A stretch of 64,000 nucleotides of DNA from an uncultured Armatimonadia bacterium (GTDB lineage Bacteria; Armatimonadota; Zipacnadia; UBA1398; CAZMGT01). Shown here one piece after another: positions 7,433 through 15,067 of the stretch. A model generated the notes under the pieces. The model made no database searches, was not told the DNA's origin, and saw only the letters and a list, made by a program, of their open reading frames with translations. The stretch covers positions 93-64,092 of the forward strand of contig CAZMGT010000015.1 of assembly GCA_964565895.1 (NCBI GenBank), in the 5' to 3' direction. Made by a program: the position numbers and the translations under genes. Positions within the stretch are counted from its first letter, which is position 1; the number at the start of each line of letters is the position of its first letter.

Positions 7433-10105
7433 CTACGGCAGAACCTGCACCTGCTCGCGCGGCAGATCGAGCATTAATCCCCGCCCGTGCACCGTGGTAA
7501 TCAGCGAGCGGGCGAACTTCTTGCCCGCGACCTGCCCGATGCGCTCGACGAGATGAAACCGGTGGTAGCGGATTTGGTTTGGCTCGACAAACTCCTCTTC
7601 GCCCCATATCTTCCGATACAGCTCGTCGTAGCTAACGCACTCCTCGGGCCGGTCGGCAAGCGCCGCGAGAAGGTCGAATTGTTTCGGGGTGAGCTTAACC
7701 ACCTGCCCGCGGACGACAACCTCAAGGGGCCTGCTGCGCACAATGCGCAGGCAGGCCTGCCGCGCGGGCTTTGCGGGCTCGGCGGGAACCGGAGCGGCCG
7801 GCGAGAAGACATCCGGCACTCCCCGAGCGGCGCACCTTTTGCCCGCAGCTTCGCGCAGCGCGCTCGCCAACCGCTCGGGAAGCATTAGTCGGAGCAGCTC
7901 CGGGCTTGCCCCAAGCACGTCCTCGGCGCTGTTTACCCCTCCCTCAAGCAGGCGCAGCAAATACCCCCGCGTCAGCCCAGCCACCCCCAGCCGAGCAAGC
8001 TCCAACCCCTGCGCCGGGCAGGAGTGCGCCAGGCACGCCTGCAACGTCGCCATGCGCTCGGACAGGCCGCGCCAGCTAGGGTGATGCACATCGACAAACG
8101 CCCTCAGCGCGGCGACGATCCACGCCAGATCCGCGCACAGCTCGACGAGCGCGCCAGCAAGCATGCGGTGGCGCTGCTCCACGGTACGCGTCGGCTCGCG
8201 GCCGATCCAATCCCAGGCGGCAAGGGCCGCTTTTGCAGCGCGCGCGCTGGGCGGCGAGCCGGGGGGATAGCCGACAAGCTCGGCGACATCCGCCGCGCAG
8301 CCCTGCTCCGCGAGAAGGCGGGCCAGCCGGCGCTCGTGCACGAGGGCCTCGACCTCGCTGCGCCACAGAGGGACAACCACGCGCCGGCCGTCGTGGCACA
8401 ACGCGGCGCGGACGAGAATTTCCAGCTCGCACAGCGACTCGCTCTCCAGCCCCTCTGCCCAGCGGGCGAGCTCAAGGCACGTGGCGGCGCCCAGGCCGTG
8501 GGCCGCCCCTAGCGCGAGCGCCGGGCTTGGGCAGAGCCCCCCGCTGTTGCGCAAAACCAACCCCTCGGCCTCCAGCTCTGCCAGCGCGGCGCGCGCGTCG
8601 TCGCCGGCAAGGCCGCCTTCCCGTCGGGCAAGGGTGTGCTCGGCCACCGCGGCGAGCTCCTCCGCGCCGCAGCCGGGGTGCGCCGCGACATAGCGCGCGG
8701 CGATGTCGGCCAGGCTTTTGTCACAAAGCGCGCTGTGCAGCGCGGGCAGCTCGCTCTCCACATACACGGCGAGGAGCGAGTCGCGGGCAAACTCGTTCTC
8801 GGCGAAAAGCATCGCCCGGCCAAACGGCATTTTCTCCACGCCGCCCAGCCGCCCCGCGCGCCCGGCCATGTTCTCAAACTCCGCGCGGCTAATCTCGCCC
8901 GCCCCCCACTGCTCCCCGCGAGCGACGGTAAGCCACTTGCGGTGGTCAATGAGCACATTGCGAAAGGGCAGGTTCATGCCCATGGCCAGCGTAGCCGTGG
9001 CGCACACCGCGCGGATCTCTCCCAAGCGCGCGTGTCGCTCGACGACCTCGCGCTCCTCGCGGGTAAGGTCCGCGTGGTGCACGGCGACGCCGCTTTGCAA
9101 CAGGCGCTCGAGGTGGGCCTTGGCGGTGGTTTCCTCGAGCTGAGCGAGGTCGCGCAGGGCGCTTGCGGCGGGCGCTAGCCCGGCGAGCTGGCCAAGCTGC
9201 GCCGCGGCGGCGAAGCACATGCGCTTTGAGGGCAAAAACAAAAGGCAGCTCTCGCCCCGCGCAAGCAGCACCCGCGCCGTAAGCACCATATCGCGCAACA
9301 CAGCGTCTTCGCGCAGCCCGTCCAATGGGCTGCCGCTCGCGGCAAGCGCATCGCGGGCCTCCTCGCCCCAAAGGTCCTCCATGCCCCAGGTCTGCGAGTT
9401 GTGCTCGAGGTAGTGAAACTCGCCGCGCAGGACAACGCCCTTGCGCAGCTCAACGGGGCGCTGCTCTTCTTCGAGGACGTCGGCGTCGAGCCACTGCGCG
9501 GCTTCGTGCCCGTCCGCGGTCGCCGCCGACAAGGCGATGATCCTCGGCCCGCAGGGCAGGCTGAGCACCTCGGCGAGGAGCATTTCCAGCGCCGGGCCGC
9601 GCTCAGGGTCGCCTACAAGGTGCAGCTCGTCAACGACGATCAGCTCCGCGTTGGCGAGCAGGTGCGGCTGCTGCGCGGAAAGCGCCTGGAGCTTTTCCGC
9701 AACGCCCAGGCAAATGTCAAACTCGCCCCGGCGAATTAACCTATCGTACTCCCGCCGCTCGCGCGTGGTAACGACAACGCGCAGGCCCACGGGCCCCAGG
9801 GCTTCGCTCAGCTTCTCGAACTTCTCCACGGCGAGCGCCCGCGTGGGGAGAAGGTAGAAGCTGCGCTGGCGCCGGCGCGCAGCGTCGATCGCCGCGAGGT
9901 CGCCGATAAGCGTCTTTCCCGCGGAGGAGGGGGCGAGGACGAGGAGATTGCGCCGGCGGCCGGGCGGGCCGGGCGAACTTGCCAGAAGCCCAAACTCAGC
10001 GATCGCCCGCTCTTGCACGGGGAGCAGCGTCGCCCCCCAGTGTGCGCGCAGCGCGGCGATAAGCTGCTCGGAAAACCCATAACCCTCAAGCGCGGACATT
10101 TTCAT
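7433..10105 (-). CDS. Ski2/Hel308-like SF2 helicase with C-terminal HhH-like region and OmpR/PhoB-type winged-helix domain
   Basis: Q motif LLPVQ, APSSAGKT, PTRALA, DELH, VAVHHADL, TATLAMGMNLP, NMAGRAGR; C-terminus LTPKQFDLL...SYDELYRKIWG...ITTVHGRGLML. GGAGG 8 nt before ATG 10105. Confidence 0.9.
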   Translation of the reverse strand: MKMSALEGYGFSEQLIAALRAHWGATLLPVQERAIAEFGLLASSPGPPGRRRNLLVLAPSSAGKTLIGDLAAIDAARRRQRSFYLLPTRALAVEKFEKLSEALGPVGLRVVVTTRERREYDRLIRRGEFDICLGVAEKLQALSAQQPHLLANAELIVVDELHLVGDPERGPALEMLLAEVLSLPCGPRIIALSAATADGHEAAQWLDADVLEEEQRPVELRKGVVLRGEFHYLEHNSQTWGMEDLWGEEARDALAASGSPLDGLREDAVLRDMVLTARVLLARGESCLLFLPSKRMCFAAAAQLGQLAGLAPAASALRDLAQLEETTAKAHLERLLQSGVAVHHADLTREEREVVERHARLGEIRAVCATATLAMGMNLPFRNVLIDHRKWLTVARGEQWGAGEISRAEFENMAGRAGRLGGVEKMPFGRAMLFAENEFARDSLLAVYVESELPALHSALCDKSLADIAARYVAAHPGCGAEELAAVAEHTLARREGGLAGDDARAALAELEAEGLVLRNSGGLCPSPALALGAAHGLGAATCLELARWAEGLESESLCELEILVRAALCHDGRRVVVPLWRSEVEALVHERRLARLLAEQGCAADVAELVGYPPGSPPSARAAKAALAAWDWIGREPTRTVEQRHRMLAGALVELCADLAWIVAALRAFVDVHHPSWRGLSERMATLQACLAHSCPAQGLELARLGVAGLTRGYLLRLLEGGVNSAEDVLGASPELLRLMLPERLASALREAAGKRCAARGVPDVFSPAAPVPAEPAKPARQACLRIVRSRPLEVVVRGQVVKLTPKQFDLLAALADRPEECVSYDELYRKIWGEEEFVEPNQIRYHRFHLVERIGQVAGKKFARSLITTVHGRGLMLDLPREQVQVLP

Positions 10106-10137
10106 CGGCGGTTCCTCCACTGGCTGAGGTACCGCTC

Positions 10138-10166
10138 ATAATAGCAAACATTTGTTTGCATTGCAA
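10138..10166 (-). promoter_or_regulatory. Sigma70 promoter of the helicase (TTGCAA-17-TATTAT) with a LexA-box-like palindrome GCAAACATTTGTTTGC (10144-10159) in the spacer
   Basis: Minus strand reads TTGCAA tGCAAACAAATGTTTGC TATTAT; 17-bp spacing; AAAC-N4-GTTT resembles the GAAC-N4-GTTC SOS box. Confidence 0.7.
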
Positions 10167-10490
10167 GGCAAAAAATCCCGCCGGGGGCAAAAAACCCCCT
10201 GCCGGCCCCCGACCGACCATTCCGGAGTGTGACACGCGGTTGCGAGACGACAAACCTGCAGCGCGAGCTTTTCCACCGCGCCACGCTTGACCCGCCGCCT
10301 CCGTCCGCGAGAGCGGAGAGAACTAGCTGGCCGGCGGAAAGCGTCTCAGCGCAGGCCGGGGGGCTGGGGCCACGTTTGCTCTCGCCCAGCGGGCAAAAAA
10401 TCTCGCCGCGGGCAAAAATGCTTGCCCCGGGGCGGGCCATCGCGCGGGCTCCGAGCCTTGGTCGAGGCAAAAAAATTTTCCGCCGCGGGC
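10167..10490. repeat. Three copies of a ~25-27-nt motif GGCAAAAAAT-CYC-GCCGSGGGC(AAAAA)
   Basis: 10167-10193 and 10392-10418 match at 25/27 positions; a looser copy lies at 10466-10490. Confidence 0.7.
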
Positions 10491-10517
10491 CACATGCGCT
10501 TCTCCCCGCGGCGGAAA
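10469..10517 (-). terminator. Rho-independent terminator of the sugar ABC/oxidoreductase operon
   Basis: Perfect 13-bp stem TTTCCGCCGCGGG (10477-10489) / CCCGCGGCGGAAA (10505-10517), followed on the minus strand by A-T7, about 25 nt after the stop at 10543. Confidence 0.8.
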
Positions 10518-10542
10518 CTCCTCTCAACGTCACCCGCCCGCG

Positions 10543-11547
10543 CTAGCCCACGGGATAGATCAGGTCTTGAATCTCTGGCTTGTCCAGGTTCTCCTTGGTA
10601 ACCACGGTAACGCCCGTGTCAATCCGCTTTTGCACGGACTTGCCGTTGATCGTGTCGATCGCCGCCTTAACGCCCTCGTAGCCCATCTTAAACGGGTTTT
10701 GCACGATAAGCGCCTGGATGGTCCCCCGCTCCAGGGCGTCGACCTCGGTCTTGGAGGCGTCGAAGGCCACCAGCTTAACCTTTCCCGCAAGCCCGCGCTG
10801 CTCGATCGCGGCCGCGGCGCCCACGCCGCCCGGCTCGTTTGCGGCGAAAATGCCCGCGAGGTCCGGGTGCGCGGTAAGCATGTCCTCGGTAACTTTGCGC
10901 GCCGTCTCCGTGTCGCTCTGGCAGTAGAGCACGCTGCACAGCTCGATGTTCGGATACTTGGCGATCTCCTCGCGGAAGCCCTTCTCCCGCTGGTCGGAGC
11001 TCTCCGCGCCCTTGAGGAACGGGATCAGCCCCACCTTCCCCCTCTCGCCGATGAGCTCGGCCAGCTTGCGCGCGGCGATCCTCCCACCTTCCACGTTGTC
11101 CGTGGCCACGAAGCTCACCGGAATCTCGTCGTTGTTAATCCCGGAGTCGATGGTCACCACAACGACGCCCTCGTCCTTCGCTTTCTGGGCGACGGTAATT
11201 AGCGCGTCCGCGTCGCACGCGGCAAAGACAAGCGCGTCAATGCCGCGCTCGATGAAGTCCTCGATAATCCGCTTTTGCTGCTCGATTTCGCGCTCGTCGG
11301 CGGGCCCGTTCCAGAGGATTTTCGCGCCGAACTCCTCGGCTGCTTTCTCCGCCCCCGCTTTAACGCTCAGCCAGAACACATGCGCCGTGCCCTTGGGGAC
11401 GACGGCGATCTCTAGCTGCTTGCCCGCCTGCTCGCCCGCGGCGCCGGGCGCGGGGCTGGCCTGCTCCCCCGCCTCCTTCCGCGCGCAGCCCAGGGCAAGC
11501 AGGGCCACAACTGCCGCTACACAGGCAATCGCCGCAGCTCTTCGCAC
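10543..11547 (-). CDS. Sugar ABC transporter substrate-binding lipoprotein (RbsB/Peripla_BP_4 family)
   Basis: Lipobox LALGC; VPKGTAHVFW, VATDNVEGG, KLVAFDAS, LIVQNPFKMGYEGV, IDTGVTVVTKEN. Confidence 0.93.
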   Translation of the reverse strand: MRRAAAIACVAAVVALLALGCARKEAGEQASPAPGAAGEQAGKQLEIAVVPKGTAHVFWLSVKAGAEKAAEEFGAKILWNGPADEREIEQQKRIIEDFIERGIDALVFAACDADALITVAQKAKDEGVVVVTIDSGINNDEIPVSFVATDNVEGGRIAARKLAELIGERGKVGLIPFLKGAESSDQREKGFREEIAKYPNIELCSVLYCQSDTETARKVTEDMLTAHPDLAGIFAANEPGGVGAAAAIEQRGLAGKVKLVAFDASKTEVDALERGTIQALIVQNPFKMGYEGVKAAIDTINGKSVQKRIDTGVTVVTKENLDKPEIQDLIYPVG

Positions 11548-11565
11548 AGCAAATCCCTCCTGCCA

Positions 11566-12558
11566 CTATCCAGCGCGTCGGCGACGGCGCCAGTAGTCGA
11601 TGTACACGGCAACGACAATAATAGACCCGATGGTAATATCCTGCCAATGCTCGGGCACGCCTTTTTGGTTTAGCCCGTTAACGAGCACGGCCATGATAAA
11701 CGCGCCGACGATCGTCCCGGCAATGCCCCCCTCGCCGCCCATCAGGCTCGCCCCGCCGATAACCGCGGCGGCGATCGCCCGCAGCTCATACCACAGCCCG
11801 GTCGTCGGCGAACCTACGGTTAGCCGCGCCGTATGGAGCACGCCGGCGAGGCCGGTAAGCAGCCCGCACAGGGCGAACACCGCCGTCTGATAGCGCTCCA
11901 CGGGGATGCCAGAAAGGCGCGTGGCCTCCATATTGCCCCCCATGGCGTAGGTATAGCGCCCCAGGCGCGTCCGCTTAAGGACAAAGTGCCCGGCGATCGC
12001 CACGAGGACCATAATCACCAAAAGCAGGGAGATCTCCACCTTCTCCCCGTGCCAGGAGCCCACGGGAAAGCGCCAGGAGAGAAAGTGTAAGCTCTGGGGC
12101 AGGCCGCTTACCGTGTGCGCGCCGGTAATGTGCTTGGCCACCCCGCGGCACACCATGAGCGTGCCCAAGGTAACCACGAACGAGGGCATGCGCGCCGACG
12201 AGGTAAGAAAACCGTTGAGCAGCCCAACCAAGCTCCCCACGGCTATCCCGCCGACGATCCCCGCCCACAACGACCCCGTGCGCACCATAAGCAGCGCCGT
12301 GGTCACGTTGCTCAGGGCGAGGAGCGAGCCTACGGAGAGATCGATCCCCGCGGAGATAATCACGAACGTTTCCCCCACGGCGACGATGCCCAGGACGGCC
12401 GTTTGCTCGCCGAGCTGGAGCAGGTTGCGTATCTCAAAAAAGTGCTCGGTGGTGACCGCGAAAAAGATGGTCAGCGCGACGAGCGTGGCAAACGGCCCGA
12501 GCCTGTCGGAGAGCTCCAGGGCGCGCTGCTTCCAGGTAATCTCTTGCGCTTGCTTCAT
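11566..12558 (-). CDS. Sugar ABC transporter permease (RbsC/BPD_transp_2 family)
   Basis: GIDLSVGS, MPSFVVTLG, TRLGRYTYAMGGNMEATRLSGI, ELRAIAAAVIGGASLMGGEG; likely start MKQAQ at 12558. Confidence 0.93.
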   Translation of the reverse strand: MKQAQEITWKQRALELSDRLGPFATLVALTIFFAVTTEHFFEIRNLLQLGEQTAVLGIVAVGETFVIISAGIDLSVGSLLALSNVTTALLMVRTGSLWAGIVGGIAVGSLVGLLNGFLTSSARMPSFVVTLGTLMVCRGVAKHITGAHTVSGLPQSLHFLSWRFPVGSWHGEKVEISLLLVIMVLVAIAGHFVLKRTRLGRYTYAMGGNMEATRLSGIPVERYQTAVFALCGLLTGLAGVLHTARLTVGSPTTGLWYELRAIAAAVIGGASLMGGEGGIAGTIVGAFIMAVLVNGLNQKGVPEHWQDITIGSIIVVAVYIDYWRRRRRAG

Positions 12559-12669
12559 CTTCTCCAGCGTTGTGCAACAGAGCTTGGGCGAGTCCGAGGG
12601 ATAATACCCAAAGGGCCGCTCGGCCGTCAAAGGCTTGCCGCGGCCGCTTTAGGCGGCGCACAGCGGCGC

Positions 12670-13752
12670 CTAGGACTTCCCCAGCCACAGGTCAATGGGT
12701 TTTTTCGCGTCGGTCTCAAACGGCAGCTCCACGCGCTGGCCCGTGGCCGCGGAGTGATATGCGGCGAAGATGATCTCAAGCACCGCGCGGCCGTCCTCGC
12801 CCGTCTCCAGCGGCTGCTTGTCGTTTTTCACGCAGTCTACGAAGTGCTCCATCTCTTGGGGAAAGCCGTAGTTCCAGGCCTCCTCAAACACGGTAAAGCT
12901 CCAGCCCACCGTGGTTGCCGCCTTCTCTACGGCGTAGTCGTAGCCCACGCGGCTGTAGGTGTGGATGGCGATTCCGCGGAGCAGGTCGGCGTAGGCCACG
13001 CCCTCCGAGCCATAGGCCTCGGCGCGGTCGTCCATCCCGCCGTGCTTGGCCCAGCTCTCCTCAGCGACGCACTGCACCTCGCCCTCGAAGTTGACGATGA
13101 TCACCGCGTTGTCGTCGCCCTTCGTGCGCTCTTTCCAGACAAACGTGCCCATGTCGGCATAGACGCTCAGCGCGCGCGGCTTGCCCAGCATCCAGCGAAA
13201 AAACTCAAACGCATGGCAGCCCATGTCCATGGTTACCCCGCCGCCGGACAGCTCCACGTCCCAAAACCAGGGCGAGTGCGGGCCGTCGTGCTTTTCGGAC
13301 TGCTTCAGCATGTAGATTTTCCCCAACGCGCCTTGGTCCACAAGCTGCTTCAGGCGGACGTATTTTGGCGTAAAGCACAGCTCCTCGGCATACATCAGCT
13401 TAACGCCGGCCTTCTTGCACTCCTCGATCATCATGTCCGCCTCGGCGAGGTTCATGCACAAGGGCTTTTCGCAGACGACGTGCTTGCCCGCGCGCGCCGC
13501 GGCAACGCACGCCTCGGCATGCAAATAGTTGGGCAGGCACAGGTTTACCATCTGGATCTCGTCCAGCTCGAGCATCTTGCGATAGTCCGTAAACCAGTGC
13601 GGAATGCCGTGCTTTTCGGCAAACGCCTTCGCATGCTCCTCAGTGGGCGAGGCGACGGCGACGATCTCCGCGTCGGCGACGCGCTTGAGCGCTTCGGCGT
13701 GTATCTCCGCGACAAACTGCGAGCCAACAATTCCCACGCCAACCTTGCTCAT
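12670..13752 (-). CDS. Gfo/Idh/MocA family oxidoreductase
   Basis: GIVGSQF, AGKHVVCEKPLC, GGGVTMDMGCH; likely start MSKVG at 13752. Confidence 0.92.
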   Translation of the reverse strand: MSKVGVGIVGSQFVAEIHAEALKRVADAEIVAVASPTEEHAKAFAEKHGIPHWFTDYRKMLELDEIQMVNLCLPNYLHAEACVAAARAGKHVVCEKPLCMNLAEADMMIEECKKAGVKLMYAEELCFTPKYVRLKQLVDQGALGKIYMLKQSEKHDGPHSPWFWDVELSGGGVTMDMGCHAFEFFRWMLGKPRALSVYADMGTFVWKERTKGDDNAVIIVNFEGEVQCVAEESWAKHGGMDDRAEAYGSEGVAYADLLRGIAIHTYSRVGYDYAVEKAATTVGWSFTVFEEAWNYGFPQEMEHFVDCVKNDKQPLETGEDGRAVLEIIFAAYHSAATGQRVELPFETDAKKPIDLWLGKS

Positions 13753-13927
13753 AAGCCGCTCCCTCCCGGCAAACCTCAGCGGCGCAAGTTTCGCTTCGCG
13801 CGCAAGCAAAACCTGCCGCGGCGCATCCCATCGCCTTCGCGGGGCGCCCGCCTGGGGCGCGGCTGGGCCCGAGGCGAACGCTCCGCAAAAGCATCGCGCA
13901 GCCCCCGCCGCTGTGGGCGGTTTTCGT

Positions 13928-13956
13928 TTGCTAAAACGCCGGCGCGGGGGTAAAGT
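13928..13956 (+). promoter_or_regulatory. Candidate sigma70 promoter TTGCTA-17-TAAAGT (near-leaderless transcript)
   Basis: 17-bp spacing; the -10 ends 11 nt before ATG 13968, and no GGAGG is present. Confidence 0.5.
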
Positions 13957-13967
13957 GATCGCGGGAC

Positions 13968-15065
13968 ATGGGCAGGAGCTATATCCTCAGTGCCGCGCTT
14001 ACCCTCGCCTGCGCTGCGCTGGCCATTGCCCTGGGTTGCGTGCCCATGGGCGGACCTCCTGGGCCGGCGCCCGGCGCACCGACCGCTTCGCCCGCGCCGC
14101 GGGCGCCAACGCCCCCCGCGCAGCCAACTCCGACGCCTGCGCCAGGCTCCCCAAGCGCGCCCACTGCGCAGCCCTCGCCGACCCCAACTCCGACGCCCCC
14201 CACGCCGACACCCTTGCCCCCCACGCCCACGCCCACCCCGCGCGAGAAGCCGCTATATGGCCTGTGCTTTGGGCCGTACATTTCCGGCGACCCCACGCGC
14301 GGCGACACGGTGAGCGCGGAGCAGCTCGCCACGCTCCTGGAGACCATCGCCCCCCACTGCCGCGCCGTGCGCACCTATGGCGTCTCCGCGGGGCTAGAGC
14401 GCGTGCCTGCGCTGGCCAAGCAGCGCGGGCTGCTCGTTGCCGCGGGCTGCTGGCTCGGGCGAGACAGCCAGGCAAACGCCGCGCAGGTGGCCAAGCTCAT
14501 CGAGCTTGTCGGCCAGGGCGTGGTGGACATTGCCGTGGTGGGCAACGAGGTCCTGCACAGGGGCGACTTAACCGCGGAGCAGTTGCTCGGCTATATCGCC
14601 CAGGTAAAGCAAGCCGCGGGGCAGGCGGGCGTGCCCGTGACCACAAACGAGTGCTCCTATATCTGGCTGCAAAACGCGCAGCTTGTCGCCGCGTGCGACT
14701 TGGTTATGGCGAGCATCTATCCGTTTTACGAGCGCCAACCGATCGACGCGGCGCTGGCCAGCCTGCGCGCAAGCTTTGAGGCTTTGGCCGCCGCGGCGCA
14801 AGGCAAGGAGGTTATCGTAGGCGAGACAGGTTGGCCCTCGGCAGGCGAGGACATGGGCCCGGCGCACCCCAGCGCGCAAAACGCCCAGCGTTATCTGTAC
14901 GAGTTCGCCGCTTGGGCGGGGGAGAACGGCGTGCGCTACTTTTACTTCGAAGCGTTTGACGAGCCGTGGAAGCGCCAGTTCGAGGGCGAGCTCGGCGCGC
15001 ACTGGGGCCTGTGGACGACGGAGCTTGAGCTAAAGTTTCCCCTGCCCGGCGAAGGGGGCGGATAG
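13968..15065 (+). CDS. Lipoprotein with Pro/Thr-rich linker and GH17-like beta-1,3-glucanase/transglucosylase domain
   Basis: Lipobox IALGC; ~65-aa PTPTP linker; VRTYGV, VVGNEVL (acid/base), VGETGWPSAG (nucleophile), YFEAFDEPWK, HWGLW. Confidence 0.88.
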   Translation: MGRSYILSAALTLACAALAIALGCVPMGGPPGPAPGAPTASPAPRAPTPPAQPTPTPAPGSPSAPTAQPSPTPTPTPPTPTPLPPTPTPTPREKPLYGLCFGPYISGDPTRGDTVSAEQLATLLETIAPHCRAVRTYGVSAGLERVPALAKQRGLLVAAGCWLGRDSQANAAQVAKLIELVGQGVVDIAVVGNEVLHRGDLTAEQLLGYIAQVKQAAGQAGVPVTTNECSYIWLQNAQLVAACDLVMASIYPFYERQPIDAALASLRASFEALAAAAQGKEVIVGETGWPSAGEDMGPAHPSAQNAQRYLYEFAAWAGENGVRYFYFEAFDEPWKRQFEGELGAHWGLWTTELELKFPLPGEGGG

Positions 15066-15067
15066 CG

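Noticed and set aside
7433-10105. Helicase as a Hachiman (HamB) or other anti-phage module
   Set aside because: No HamA/DUF1837 or nuclease partner is adjacent, the flanks are metabolic genes, and the SOS-like operator points to repair.
14050-14245. Low-complexity repeat-like DNA (CCGACGCCC/CCCACG units)
   Set aside because: It encodes the Pro/Thr linker of the GH17 lipoprotein and is not an independent repeat element.
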